A stretch of DNA of 64,000 nucleotides from Klebsiella pneumoniae. Its GTDB lineage: Bacteria; Desulfobacterota; Binatia; UBA12015. The DNA lies in the NCBI GenBank assembly GCA_945872365.1, contig CAMBZJ010000014.1, forward strand, positions 6,370 to 70,369, given 5' to 3'. Position numbers and translations under genes: made by a program. Shown here one piece after another: positions 46,030 to 56,032 of this stretch (the stretch's first letter is position 1; the number at the start of each line of letters is the position of its first letter). The notes beneath the pieces are model-generated. The model did not search any database. It saw only the letters and a list, made by a program, of their open reading frames with translations, and had not been told where the DNA came from.

Positions 46030-48702
46030 ATGGCCGGCGTGGCGCTGCTGGCGACGATCTGCCAGACGCCGCCGGCGCGAGCGCAGTCCGCCGTCCCCGG
46101 AGCGGCGGTCCCCGCGATCGGCGGGGAGCCCGCCGAGACCGTGGCCGCCGTCGCCCCGCCCACACCCGGGACCCAGACTTCGCCGGGGGCCGCGCCGGGT
46201 GATCCGGCCGCGCCTGCGCCCGCGCCGATTCCGGGAGGGACGTCGGCTCCCGTGGCCCCGGACGACCTGGCTTCGATCGCGACGACCGCGACTCCGAAAT
46301 CCGACCCGCGTCGGGTGACCGCACTCCTGCTCAACGGCGGAGCGCGCCCCGCTGTCAACTACCAATCGCACGTGGCCCACCTCCGCTCGATGCTGCACTG
46401 GCTCGAACGGGTCGGGGTGCCGCCGTCGCGGATATCGGTCTTCTCCGGCGATGGCGACGACCCGGCCGCGGACTTAGCGGTGCGCGAGTTCCGCTCGGGA
46501 GAGGGGGACGAGGCCGCGCTGCTCGACGGAACCCGGGTCGAAGGGAGATTCGGCCATCCCATCGAGTATGTGAGCACGCGCATCGAGGGAGTTCGCCTGC
46601 TCCCCGCGAAGAAAGCCGCCCTGCAGCGCTGGTTCGCGACCCGAGGGCGTTCGCTGCGCGCCGGCGACACTCTGCTGCTCCACGTCACGGACCACGGCAC
46701 CCGCGGCAAGAAGGATCCGGACGAAACCCGGATCCTGCTGTGGGGCGAGCACGAGTGGATCACTGCCCGCGAACTCGACTCCCTGCTGGCGCGCGTGCCC
46801 GCGGGGGTGCGGGTCGTCTCGCTCATGTCGCAGTGTTTTTCGGGCGGATTCGCGCGGCTCGGACGGACCGCTCCCAAGGGCGTCGCGGGCCTGCCGACCG
46901 GCCGGTCCTGCGGCTACTTCTCGTCGACCGCCGACCGGCGCGCCTACGGCTGCTACCCGGAGAATCGCGGCAAGGCGAACGTCGGCCACTCGGTGCGCTT
47001 CATCGAGGCACTCGAGCGCACCGGCGACTTCCCGCTGAGCCAGGAGATCGCCCTTCTGAGCGACCGGACCCCCGACGTTCCCCTGCGATCGTCCGACGTC
47101 CAACTCGAGCAATTGCTCGAAGCCGCGGCCGCCGCGCGCGGCCAGACGCTGCGCGAGTACGCCGACGCGATGCTCGAGGAGGCATGGCGCGACCGGGCGG
47201 CATGGGAACCGGAGATCCGGTCGATCGATCGCATCGGTCGCGCCTTCGGGATGGCGTCGCCGCGCTCGGTCGCGGAGGTGGACGAGCGGATCGACGAACT
47301 CCCGCAACTCGCCGGCCCGCTCGCGACCTGGGCGCGCGCCTGGTCCGAGTCGCGCGACGACCTTTCCGAGGCGAACCTCGGGAGATTCATGGAGAAACAC
47401 CCGGAGTGGAGCACGCGACTCGCCTCCCCCCAGGCGACGCCGAAGCCCGCGCCGACACCCGCGACGCCGACTCCCGCGCCGACTCCCGCCGACCCGGCGA
47501 ACGCCGAGTCGGATTCGGTGCGGCACGGCCGCGAATTGCTCGCCGAACTCGTCCCGTTCACCCGTTCCGACGAAGTGACCGATGCGCGCCTGCGTGTCCT
47601 GCGCGAGCGGGCCAGGCTCGCCCACGAAGCCTCCTACAGGATGGAGGTGCGCGAGGCCGCGCTGCGCCGCATGCGCGCCGGCCTGATCGGGATCGCGGGA
47701 AGGGTCCACTTGGCGAGGCACGCGAGCCCGGTCGCGCGGACCGCGTTCGCGAGGCTCTTCTCCTGCGAGGCCTTCGCGCTGCCGCTTGCCGGCGCGACCG
47801 GGGCGATCCCGCCGCTCGAATCCGAACCCGCTTTGCCGCCCTACGCCGAGGACGTGCGGGTCGCGCACGAGGTCGCGCCCGCCTGGATGGGAATCTCGTT
47901 TCACGCGCCGAGCGATGCGCAGCGCTCGCTCGTGCCGGAGTCGGCTCCCGGTGCGATCGCCGTGCGCGAGGTGTACCCGGACTCTCCGGCGCAGCAGGCG
48001 GGTCTCGAGGTCGGCGACGTGATCCTCGGGCCGAGCGGTTCGCCGTTCCGCGAGCCACGCCAGGTGCGCGAGTGGACGATGCTGCGCCCGGTCGGCTCGC
48101 CGGTCGTGCTCGACGTGCTGCACGAGGGAGCTGTCGTGCAGCGGACGCTCGTCCCGGGTCCGCATCCCGGGAAGTTTCCCGAGTTGCCCGGTCCGCCGGA
48201 ACCCGGCTCGCCCGCGCCGCCGCTCGACCTGGCATCCTACCGCGGCTCGGTCCCGGCGTCGCTCGCCGACGGAAAAACGCGACTCCTCTTCTTCTGGGCC
48301 ACCTGGTGCATGCCGTGCAAGGAGTCGCTGCCCGAGGTGATGGCGTTCGCGCGCGAGCGCGGTACCGAGGTGCTCGCCGTGACCGACGAGGAAAGCACCG
48401 CGCTCGATGCGTTCTTCGCCGCATCCGCAGTCGAGTTTCCGCCGGTGGTGCTGCGCGACGTGCGCCGCCGCACCCACCGCACCTGGGGGGTGAGCGGGAC
48501 ACCGACCTTCGTCCTGGTCGACGGGGCCGGCAAGGTGGTGAGCGTCTCGAGCGGATACACGCCGGCGAAGGGCCTCGGCGTGCCGGGGTGGAAGTGGAAC
48601 GGCGCACTTCCCGCGCCGACCGCGGGCGGCTCCCCTGCGGACAGCGCGTCCGCGGATCCGGGAACGGGTATGCGCCGGCAGCCGGCCGCGTCGCCGCGCT
48701 GA
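46030..48702 (+). CDS. Secreted peptidase C13 (legumain-like) + PDZ + TlpA-like thioredoxin multidomain protein
   Basis: Signal-like N-terminus and Pro/Ala linker; NYQSH, HVTDHG, SQCFSGGF; PDZ WMGISF..VYPDSPAQQAGLEVGDVI; Trx FWATWCMPC...GTPTFVLVD. Start uncertain (45895-46030). Confidence 0.8.
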   Translation: MAGVALLATICQTPPARAQSAVPGAAVPAIGGEPAETVAAVAPPTPGTQTSPGAAPGDPAAPAPAPIPGGTSAPVAPDDLASIATTATPKSDPRRVTALLLNGGARPAVNYQSHVAHLRSMLHWLERVGVPPSRISVFSGDGDDPAADLAVREFRSGEGDEAALLDGTRVEGRFGHPIEYVSTRIEGVRLLPAKKAALQRWFATRGRSLRAGDTLLLHVTDHGTRGKKDPDETRILLWGEHEWITARELDSLLARVPAGVRVVSLMSQCFSGGFARLGRTAPKGVAGLPTGRSCGYFSSTADRRAYGCYPENRGKANVGHSVRFIEALERTGDFPLSQEIALLSDRTPDVPLRSSDVQLEQLLEAAAAARGQTLREYADAMLEEAWRDRAAWEPEIRSIDRIGRAFGMASPRSVAEVDERIDELPQLAGPLATWARAWSESRDDLSEANLGRFMEKHPEWSTRLASPQATPKPAPTPATPTPAPTPADPANAESDSVRHGRELLAELVPFTRSDEVTDARLRVLRERARLAHEASYRMEVREAALRRMRAGLIGIAGRVHLARHASPVARTAFARLFSCEAFALPLAGATGAIPPLESEPALPPYAEDVRVAHEVAPAWMGISFHAPSDAQRSLVPESAPGAIAVREVYPDSPAQQAGLEVGDVILGPSGSPFREPRQVREWTMLRPVGSPVVLDVLHEGAVVQRTLVPGPHPGKFPELPGPPEPGSPAPPLDLASYRGSVPASLADGKTRLLFFWATWCMPCKESLPEVMAFARERGTEVLAVTDEESTALDAFFAASAVEFPPVVLRDVRRRTHRTWGVSGTPTFVLVDGAGKVVSVSSGYTPAKGLGVPGWKWNGALPAPTAGGSPADSASADPGTGMRRQPAASPR

Positions 48703-48827
48703 TCGCCGCGCGCGGTCGAAGCCGGTGCTTCTCGCTGGACGGGGCCGTGGTGCTGGGTTAGGACCGCCACGCGCGGGGCCGCTTTCCGGGTGAAGCCATG
48801 CGGCGCAGGACGGCCAACGGAGGACTC

Positions 48828-50303
48828 ATGAATCGCAGGATCGCTTCGCTTCTCGGGCTCTCGCTCGGCTTTTCGCTGCTCGCCGCGGATCCGGTACTGG
48901 CCGACACCTTCACGCCGGACACCTTCGGCGACGCGGCCGATCCCAAGCCCGGGGACGGCATCTGCGGTTCCGGCAAGGGGACCTGCTCGCTACGCGCCGC
49001 CGTGCAGGAGGCCAACGCCTCCACGCACGCCAACCGGATCGAGCTCGGGCAGGGTACGTACTCCCTGAGCATCGACGGGCCGGACGAGTCGCTCGCGGTC
49101 TCGGGAGATCTCGACCTGAACACCGACATCGAGATCGCGGGTCGCGGGGTCGGGGTGACCATCATCGAGCAGCGGGTGAAGCACCGCGTCTTCGAGGTGA
49201 CTCCCAACGGCACGGCGAAGATCGGCGACGTCATGGTGCGCGGCGGCATGTCGCTCGGCGACGACGGTGGCTCGATCCTGAACGACGGGCGGCTTCGGCT
49301 GGAGAACGTCACCATCGACCACGGCCGCGCCAAGACCGATCCGACGAACTCGAACGGACGCGGCGGCGCGCTCCGCAATCGCTCGCAGCTCGATGCGATG
49401 AACCTGATCGTCGGGTCTTCGGTGGCGGACGGGCGCGGCGGCGCCATCAGCAACAGCGGTGTCATGACCCTGACCAACTCCCGGATCGTCGACAACGCCT
49501 CGCGCACCGACGACGGCGGCGCGATCGAGAACGACGGCGACCTCACGATCGCCATCTCCTCCATCGCCATGAACACCGCCGACGACGGCGGTGGTCTCGA
49601 CAACATCGGCGGCAAGGTCCGCATCGTCGACAGCACGTTCGATGGGAACAAGGCCACCGGCGGCACCGGCGGCGGCATCCGCAACAGCGGGACGATCACG
49701 ATCGTCAACTCGACCTTCAACAGCAACGTCGGCCAGAAGCAGGGCGGTGCCATCGCGAACCTCGCGGCCGGCACGATCGACCTGAACAACGCGACGCTCG
49801 CGTCGAACGCGTCGGGCTCCGGCGGCGGCATCTGGGCCGAGAAGGGCGGCACGGTGACCCTCTCGAACACGATCGTCGCCACCAACACGGCGGGCCCGGG
49901 GGGCGCGCCCGATTGCGAGGGCACGGTCGTGTCGCGCGGCTACAACCTGGTGCAGCAGCCCGGGAGCTGCTCCTTCGGGGCGCCCGGAGACCAGACCGGC
50001 AAGGATCCGAAGCTCGGGGAACTCGCCCCCAACGACGGTCCGACGCGCACCCGTGCGCTGCTCGACGGAAGCCCTGCGATGGGCGGCGGCAACCCGAAGA
50101 CACCCGACGGGAAAAACGGTGCCTGTGCGCCGGCCGACCAGCGCGGCGTGAAGCGGCCGCAGGCGTGGGGCAGCAAGACCGTCCCGAGCTGCGACATCGG
50201 CGCGTACGAGGCAAAACCCACCCGGCCGTCACCGTCCCCGTCCCCGTCGTCGAAGAAGACGTCGATGATCGATCCGATGATGCGCACGGCTCGCGAAGGA
50301 TGA
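48828..50303 (+). CDS. CSLREA / choice-of-anchor Q parallel beta-helix surface protein
   Basis: Signal peptide, CSLRAAVQEAN, GDLDL, repeated GGAI.N motifs, DPKLG.LA.N.GPT.T.AL..GSPA, DQRG..R, CDIGAYE. Confidence 0.88.
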   Translation: MNRRIASLLGLSLGFSLLAADPVLADTFTPDTFGDAADPKPGDGICGSGKGTCSLRAAVQEANASTHANRIELGQGTYSLSIDGPDESLAVSGDLDLNTDIEIAGRGVGVTIIEQRVKHRVFEVTPNGTAKIGDVMVRGGMSLGDDGGSILNDGRLRLENVTIDHGRAKTDPTNSNGRGGALRNRSQLDAMNLIVGSSVADGRGGAISNSGVMTLTNSRIVDNASRTDDGGAIENDGDLTIAISSIAMNTADDGGGLDNIGGKVRIVDSTFDGNKATGGTGGGIRNSGTITIVNSTFNSNVGQKQGGAIANLAAGTIDLNNATLASNASGSGGGIWAEKGGTVTLSNTIVATNTAGPGGAPDCEGTVVSRGYNLVQQPGSCSFGAPGDQTGKDPKLGELAPNDGPTRTRALLDGSPAMGGGNPKTPDGKNGACAPADQRGVKRPQAWGSKTVPSCDIGAYEAKPTRPSPSPSPSSKKTSMIDPMMRTAREG

Positions 50304-51853
50304 ATCCCCCGCCGGCCAGTCCGGCGGGGCGCACGGTCCTGGTCCTGACGTTCCGCTGGCCCCCGCAGGGGGGCGGCGGGGTGCAGCGGACGCTCAAGTT
50401 CGTCAAGTACATTTCACGGCTCGGCTGGAGCCCGGTCGTGCACACGGTGAGCAATCCGTTCACCGATCTTTGGGACCCCGGCCTCGGATCCGAGGTGCCG
50501 CCGACGGTCGCCGTCTATCGCACGCCGACCGTCGAGTTCGAGTCGATCGAGTCGGGGATCTCGCGACTCGGGGGCCGTGCGCGCGCCTTGCTGCGCGGGA
50601 GGAAATCCGCGCAGAAGGCCCCGTCGCGGGCCCCGGCGGAAGCCGGAGCGGCGCCCGTCGCGTCGAGCGCCGGCGGGGCCCGCGTCGGACCGACGGTGGG
50701 CGACCCCCGGCGGGAGGGACCTACGCCGGCTGCCGCAGCGATCGTCGTCGGCGAGCGGGCAGCGCGGCTTTCACGCGGCGGGCGACTCGCCCGCGTGCAG
50801 GACTTCGTCTGGTCGCGGCTGCTCGTGCCCGATCCGCAGGTGGTCTGGCTCCCGGGCGCGCTCCTGCGCAGTCTCGCGATCGCGCGCCGTCACCGGGTCG
50901 ACGTCATCTACTCGACGGCGCCGCCGCAGTCCCTCAACCTGCTCGCCCTCGAACTCCAGCGGCGTACCGGGCTCCCCTGGGTCGCCGACCTGCGCGACCC
51001 GTGGACGAGCGGGCTACACCGCAACCAGTGGTACCCGGACCATCCCGGTCGCAAGGCGCGCGAGGAGCGTTGGGAACGGATGATCTTCGAGCGTGCCGAC
51101 CATGTGATCGTCGTGAACGAGGCGGCTCGCGACGAGTTCCTCGCCAAGTACCCCTTCTGTCCGCCGGAGCGGATCTCGGTCATCACGAACGGTTTCGACC
51201 CGGCGGACTTCGCCCATGTGAGCCGGGAGCCGCGCTTTCTCGAGGGCGGCCTGCTGCACGTGACGGTGACCGGACACGTCGAGACCATGTTCGACCTGTT
51301 GCCCTTCTTCGAGGCGGTGCGCCGGGTCGTCGAGGCCGGACCGCGCGATCGTGCGCAGCTGCGCATCGACTTCGTCGGTACGAAGCGCCAGCCGCGCTAC
51401 GACGCCTGGATCGCCGAGCACGAGCTCGGCGACGTGATCCGCTTCCACGCCTACGTGCCGCATGCCGACAGCGTACAGTACCTCACCGACAGCCAGGTGC
51501 TCATGCTCTGCATGACGCCGGTGAAAGAATACGGGGCGGTGAAAATCCTCGGCAAGATGTGCGAGTACCTCTACACCCGCAAGCCGGTGCTCGCGCTCAC
51601 GATCCCCGGCGTCACGAGCCGCATTCTCGAAAGCGCCGGCGTCGGTGTCACTGTGGACCCGAACGACGTGTCCGGGATGAGATCGACCCTCGAGCGCTTT
51701 TTGGCCGACTTCCGGGCCGGTCGCCTGCAGGCGACGCCGAACGAGGAGGTCATCGCGACCTTCGACCGCGAGCGGCAGGCGGCCGAACTCGCCGGGATCC
51801 TCGCCGGCGCGATCGCCCGCCCTGGTCGGAACGGCGCGCTCCGGCCCGCCTGA
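50300..51853 (+). CDS. Glycosyltransferase family 4
   Basis: WPPQGGGGVQR, STAPP, ADLRDPW, ITNGFD, GK..EYL...KPVL; ATGA overlap with the upstream gene. Confidence 0.88.
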   Translation: MNPPPASPAGRTVLVLTFRWPPQGGGGVQRTLKFVKYISRLGWSPVVHTVSNPFTDLWDPGLGSEVPPTVAVYRTPTVEFESIESGISRLGGRARALLRGRKSAQKAPSRAPAEAGAAPVASSAGGARVGPTVGDPRREGPTPAAAAIVVGERAARLSRGGRLARVQDFVWSRLLVPDPQVVWLPGALLRSLAIARRHRVDVIYSTAPPQSLNLLALELQRRTGLPWVADLRDPWTSGLHRNQWYPDHPGRKAREERWERMIFERADHVIVVNEAARDEFLAKYPFCPPERISVITNGFDPADFAHVSREPRFLEGGLLHVTVTGHVETMFDLLPFFEAVRRVVEAGPRDRAQLRIDFVGTKRQPRYDAWIAEHELGDVIRFHAYVPHADSVQYLTDSQVLMLCMTPVKEYGAVKILGKMCEYLYTRKPVLALTIPGVTSRILESAGVGVTVDPNDVSGMRSTLERFLADFRAGRLQATPNEEVIATFDRERQAAELAGILAGAIARPGRNGALRPA

Positions 51854-51904
51854 CTCGCCTCGCCCCGGGCGACGACGGCCGAGCGTGGCGGCGCTGCCGC
51901 CGGA

Positions 51905-52534
51905 TCACTTCGCGAGCAGGCCCTCGCGCGCCATCTCGTCGGCCACGGCCTGGGCGATTTCGGTCACGAAGGAGTCGACCCGGTTCGGGTTCACCGTCTC
52001 GCTCAGGCCGGCCCACAGGATCCCGTCGCGGTGCAGCGAGTAGACCATGGTCTCGACCGAGACGAGGGTCTCGCTGCGGAGGTAGCCCGGCGTGTAGGCG
52101 GCTCGCCAGCCGTAGCCCCAGAAGCCCCACGGCGACGGGCCCGGGTACCCCGGGACGACCGTCGCCTGTTGCCGGCTCCCGACCAGTCGCATCATGACCA
52201 CACCGTCGACGTGCGCGTCGGTGAACTTCTGGCGCGCGACGTTCTCGTCGAGGTCCTCCCTCGAACTCAGGATCTCGTACCCGGGGACGCCGCTCACGCC
52301 GCTCCGGGAGAGGTCGCGGGCGAGAGCGTCCTCCGCGACGTGGCGGGCCCCGTCGTCGTCCGACATGAACACCGCGGCGATCCGCTGCCCAACCAGTCGT
52401 ACGGGCGCCGCGCCCGGTGCCCGCCATGTCGAGCGGAAGGTCGTCGACGAACACGCGGCGAGGAGCAAGGCTAAGAGGAGAGAAGGGCCGACGACCGCCC
52501 CGCGGCGGCGGCCCCTGTTGCCGTTTGCGATCAT
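51905..52534 (-). CDS. Lipoprotein (DUF4136-like)
   Basis: Lipobox LLAAC, STWRAP, Tyr/Gly/Trp-rich loop, LWAG.SET; start uncertain. Confidence 0.65.
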   Translation of the reverse strand: MIANGNRGRRRGAVVGPSLLLALLLAACSSTTFRSTWRAPGAAPVRLVGQRIAAVFMSDDDGARHVAEDALARDLSRSGVSGVPGYEILSSREDLDENVARQKFTDAHVDGVVMMRLVGSRQQATVVPGYPGPSPWGFWGYGWRAAYTPGYLRSETLVSVETMVYSLHRDGILWAGLSETVNPNRVDSFVTEIAQAVADEMAREGLLAK

Positions 52535-52551
52535 CCGACCCGCCCCGGGGT

Positions 52552-53709
52552 TCAGGGCAGTGCGACGATGCACACGCCGCAGGCTTGTGGCGCGCCACCG
52601 ATGTTGTGCGAGAGCGCCACGGTGGGGTTCTTCACCTGCCGCTTATCGGCTTTGCCCTGCAGCTGCTTGTAGTTCTCGTAGATCATGCGCACGCCGGTCG
52701 CACCGGTCGGGTGGCCGAAGGTCTTGAGCCCGCCGTCGGTGTTCACCGGCAGTTCGCCGCCGAGCTCGAAGGTGCCCGAGGCGATGTGCTCCTTCGCCGA
52801 GCCCTTCTCGCAGAAGCCGAGGTCCTCGTAGGCGAGCAACTCGGTGAGCGTGAAGCAGTCGTGCACCTGCGCGACGTGGATCTCCTTGCGCGGGTTGGTG
52901 ATGCCCGCCTGCTCGTAGACCTGGCGCGCCGCCATCTCGGTCGGCTTCCAACGCAGGAAGTCGAAGTCCGGATCCTCCTTAGGGTCGGCCGCGAGCGCGA
53001 TGCCGATCGCGCGGACCAGCACGAAGTCGTCGCGGAAGCCCTTGGCGAGCTCGCGCCGGGTGAGGATCGCGGCGGCCGCGCCGTCGGACTGGGCGGCGCA
53101 GTCATAGAGCCCGAAGGGCCAGGAGATCATCCGCGCGTTGAGCGCCTCCTCGACAGTGATCTCGCGCTTGAGCATCGACTTCGGCGCGAGCGTGCCGTTG
53201 TGGTGGTTCTTCACGGCGATCTTCGCGAGGTCCTCGCGGCCGGCGCCGAAGGTGTCGAAGTAGCGCGCAGCACAGTGCGAGAACCAGCCGGCCGGGGTCG
53301 CGGGCAGTCCTCGCACGCCGGTCACCGCGACGCTCGGGCCCGAGACGCCGCGGTCCTTCGGCTTGTCGAAGCCGACGACCAGCACGGTGTCGTACATGCC
53401 GCTCGCGACCGCGAAGACGCCGTAGCGGAAGGCGTCGGTCCCGGTCGCGCAATAGTTCACGACCATGCTCACCGGGCGGTCGTAAAGCTTGAGGGCGTCG
53501 GCGACCTCGGCGGTGCCCTTCGAGGGGTACTGTGCACCGCAGAACACCGCCTCGATCTGCTTCTGGGGATCCTGCAGCCCGGCGTCGGCGTAGGCCTCGT
53601 AGGCGGCCTCGACGATCATGTCCTGGGGGTCCTTGTCCCAGTTTTCGCCGAACTTGCAGCAGCCCATGCCGACGACGGCGACCTTGTCCCGGATGGCGTC
53701 CTTGTTCAT
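52552..53709 (-). CDS. SCP2-type thiolase (acetyl-CoA acetyltransferase-like)
   Basis: NYCATG, KNHHNG, SDGAAA, HDCF, GHPTGATG, HNIGG; overlaps the upstream gene (ATGA). Confidence 0.9.
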   Translation of the reverse strand: MNKDAIRDKVAVVGMGCCKFGENWDKDPQDMIVEAAYEAYADAGLQDPQKQIEAVFCGAQYPSKGTAEVADALKLYDRPVSMVVNYCATGTDAFRYGVFAVASGMYDTVLVVGFDKPKDRGVSGPSVAVTGVRGLPATPAGWFSHCAARYFDTFGAGREDLAKIAVKNHHNGTLAPKSMLKREITVEEALNARMISWPFGLYDCAAQSDGAAAAILTRRELAKGFRDDFVLVRAIGIALAADPKEDPDFDFLRWKPTEMAARQVYEQAGITNPRKEIHVAQVHDCFTLTELLAYEDLGFCEKGSAKEHIASGTFELGGELPVNTDGGLKTFGHPTGATGVRMIYENYKQLQGKADKRQVKNPTVALSHNIGGAPQACGVCIVALP

Positions 53710-55139
53710 CGCGTCTGCTCCTCCGGCGCGGTCCGCGCCGGCGTGCACTTCCAGAAGTAGTTGGGCGTCCCGCCGGCGTCGTGGATCTTGCGGAAGACCA
53801 GCTCGACGGGGAGGTCGAGCTTGACCTCCTTCGGGTTCACGTCGGTCATCTGCAGGTAGAGCCGCGCGCCCGCTACGTCGGTGACGGTCGCCACGAGCGG
53901 CGGGTTGGGGCTGCCGGCGAAGTTGTCGAAGGTGAAGGACTTGAGCGTCCCGATCCGGTCCGAGAGGCGGACGTGGTCGAACTCGTCCTTCGCGAAGCAC
54001 TTGAAGCAGACGCGCTGGTGCGGGTACTGCACCTGGCTGCACTTGCGGCACTTCTGCGCATGCAGGCTGATCTCGTAGTCGCGGTCGCGGAAGTGCTTGG
54101 TCGCCGAGATCCCGGCGCCGGCGCGACGGTCGTTCTCGGTCGAGAGCAGCTGCCGGAAGCGGATGTACATGTCGTAGCTCGGGAACTCGCCGCGCCGCTC
54201 GAGGTGCCAGCGCACCCCGCGGCGGTCCGACAGCCCGGCGATCGGCCCTTCGACGCGCAGCGCGAGGGCGTCGGCGCCGTCGCCGTAGCTCGCGAGCAGC
54301 AGCGTGTCGCCCGGTTTTGACGTCTCGAGCGCGGCCACCAGTTGCAGCGGCGCCGCGGCCGCGCCCGCATTTCCGACGCGACCGAAGAGTGCGTCCTGCA
54401 ACTGCCTGGCGGGGTCGAAGCCGAGTTCCCTGGCGAGCGCCGCGTGGCTGCGGGCATCCGGCCCGTAGAGCACGAGGCGGGTGAAATCGGCGGGCTTGCG
54501 GTCGAGCTTCGCCAGCAGTCCGCGCACGGCCTCGCGCACGTTGGTGCGATAGCCGTGGTCGATGACGAAGCGGTCCTCCCAGGCGTGGACGAAGGGGTCT
54601 CCCTCGGTGCGCCAGACGTCGATCATCTCGTCGGTGACGGCGTACGCGTCCTCGATCGTGACGGCCGGGTCCCCGTCGCCGACCAGAAAGGCCGCTGCCG
54701 CGTCGCCGAGATTCGCCTCCAGCGCGGAGCGCGGCGAGGCCATGCGGGTGTCACCGACGACGACCAGGACGCGGCTTGCCGAGCCGGCGCGGACCGCGTC
54801 GAGTGCCGCGCGCAGCGCCCCGGTGCCCGCGCGCAGCGAGTCGCCGATGTCGGCGGTCCTGACGTCCCGGCGCAGGTCGAGCGCCTTGGCGATGATCGTT
54901 GCGCCCTGCTTCTCCTTGAAGGCGAACGACGTCGAGGCGAACAGCACGCCGTCGATCGTCGCGCGGTCGTGGCCGCGCAGGCAGTCGATCGCCGCCGCGA
55001 CGGCCATCGTGAGCGCGTCCTCGTCCCAGTTCGCGACGGCCTTCTCAGGACCTCCCTCGACCTTCTTGCCGCCGGCGATGGTCGCGAGCGGCAGGCGCAT
55101 ATAGGGGACGTAGGCCCCGTACGAGATGATGCCTGCCAT
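53706..55139 (-). CDS. HMG-CoA-synthase/KASIII-like domain (catalytic residues degenerate) fused to a DUF35 Zn-ribbon/OB domain
   Basis: GIISYGAYVP, DEDALTMA, GDAAAA, VGNAGAA, SYGDGAD; C-terminal CRKC...CFKC plus an OB fold ending YFWK. GAGGAG RBS. Confidence 0.88.
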   Translation of the reverse strand: MAGIISYGAYVPYMRLPLATIAGGKKVEGGPEKAVANWDEDALTMAVAAAIDCLRGHDRATIDGVLFASTSFAFKEKQGATIIAKALDLRRDVRTADIGDSLRAGTGALRAALDAVRAGSASRVLVVVGDTRMASPRSALEANLGDAAAAFLVGDGDPAVTIEDAYAVTDEMIDVWRTEGDPFVHAWEDRFVIDHGYRTNVREAVRGLLAKLDRKPADFTRLVLYGPDARSHAALARELGFDPARQLQDALFGRVGNAGAAAAPLQLVAALETSKPGDTLLLASYGDGADALALRVEGPIAGLSDRRGVRWHLERRGEFPSYDMYIRFRQLLSTENDRRAGAGISATKHFRDRDYEISLHAQKCRKCSQVQYPHQRVCFKCFAKDEFDHVRLSDRIGTLKSFTFDNFAGSPNPPLVATVTDVAGARLYLQMTDVNPKEVKLDLPVELVFRKIHDAGGTPNYFWKCTPARTAPEEQTR

Positions 55140-55245
55140 GGATGTGGGTCTCCTCAGGTTGAGTCCCGCAGAACTACGACCGTCGACCCGCGGGCGCAAG
55201 CGATCCGCAGGAGGAGTCGTCGGGCGGCGGCCCGGCCGGCGAAGT

Positions 55246-55998
55246 TCAGAGGGCGACGACGAGGCCGTCGTCGGCGAACCGGTCGGGCAGCTCCGCGCTG
55301 CGCCCGCGCATCTCCCGGCCGAGATGGGTGAGCAGGAGATCTCGGCACTCGAAGCGCCGCCGGTTCTCCTCGATCTGGCGCCAGCCCACGTGGCCCGGCA
55401 CGCGACCGTCGAAGCTGGTGCACTCGCACACGAAGAGGTCGGCCCCGCGCGAGTGTTCAAGCAGGTCGTCGGTCCACTCGGTGTCGCCCGAGTAGACGAT
55501 GCTGCGTCCACCTGCGCTCGCACGGAAGCCGTGCGAGCGGCCGCTGCGCACGTGCGGGACGTCGAAGGTCTCGATCCGCAGGTCCGCGAACTCGAACGGA
55601 CGCGCGGCTTGCGCCTCGATGAATCGCAACGGAAAGGTCGTCGGTTCGTCGGAGGCGTCACGGTAGTAGGCGCGGTAGAGTTCCCGGATGCGGCTCTCGG
55701 TGTCCGGCGGTCCGACGATCGCGAGCGGCCGCGTTCGCGGGGTCTCGAAGGTGGCCTTGAGGAGTAGGAACGGGATGCCGCCGAAGTGGTCGCCGTGGAG
55801 GTGGCTCACGACGATCGCGTCGATTTCCTCCGCCTGCTTGTCGTTGCGCGCGAGACCCGACAGCACGCTCGGGCCGGCATCGAGGAGGATCCTCGCGCCG
55901 GGCGTCTCGACCAGGTAGCCGGCGCAGTGGCGCCCGCCGGTCCCGAAGGCGTCACTCGTGCCGAGGCAGGTGAGCGTCATCGCGGGCGGCGGAGTCAT
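55246..55998 (-). CDS. MBL-fold metallo-hydrolase (RNase Z/BN-like)
   Basis: LGTSDAFG, LLDAG, SHLHGDHFGG, YSGDT, LTHL. Confidence 0.88.
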   Translation of the reverse strand: MTPPPAMTLTCLGTSDAFGTGGRHCAGYLVETPGARILLDAGPSVLSGLARNDKQAEEIDAIVVSHLHGDHFGGIPFLLLKATFETPRTRPLAIVGPPDTESRIRELYRAYYRDASDEPTTFPLRFIEAQAARPFEFADLRIETFDVPHVRSGRSHGFRASAGGRSIVYSGDTEWTDDLLEHSRGADLFVCECTSFDGRVPGHVGWRQIEENRRRFECRDLLLTHLGREMRGRSAELPDRFADDGLVVAL

Positions 55999-56032
55999 TC
56001 CCGGCGCCTCGCCACCATGCCCGCGCGTGGAA

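Noticed and set aside
47433-47490. 27-bp imperfect duplication encoding ATPxPAPTP
   Set aside because: Pro/Thr linker expansion within a CDS.
49260-49850. Recurrent GGCGGCGC(G/C)ATC-like units
   Set aside because: Coding GGAI/GGGI beta-helix repeats, not a DNA-level array.
53706-55139. Mevalonate pathway HMG-CoA synthase call
   Set aside because: Catalytic Cys/Glu/His appear substituted and no other mevalonate genes are nearby.
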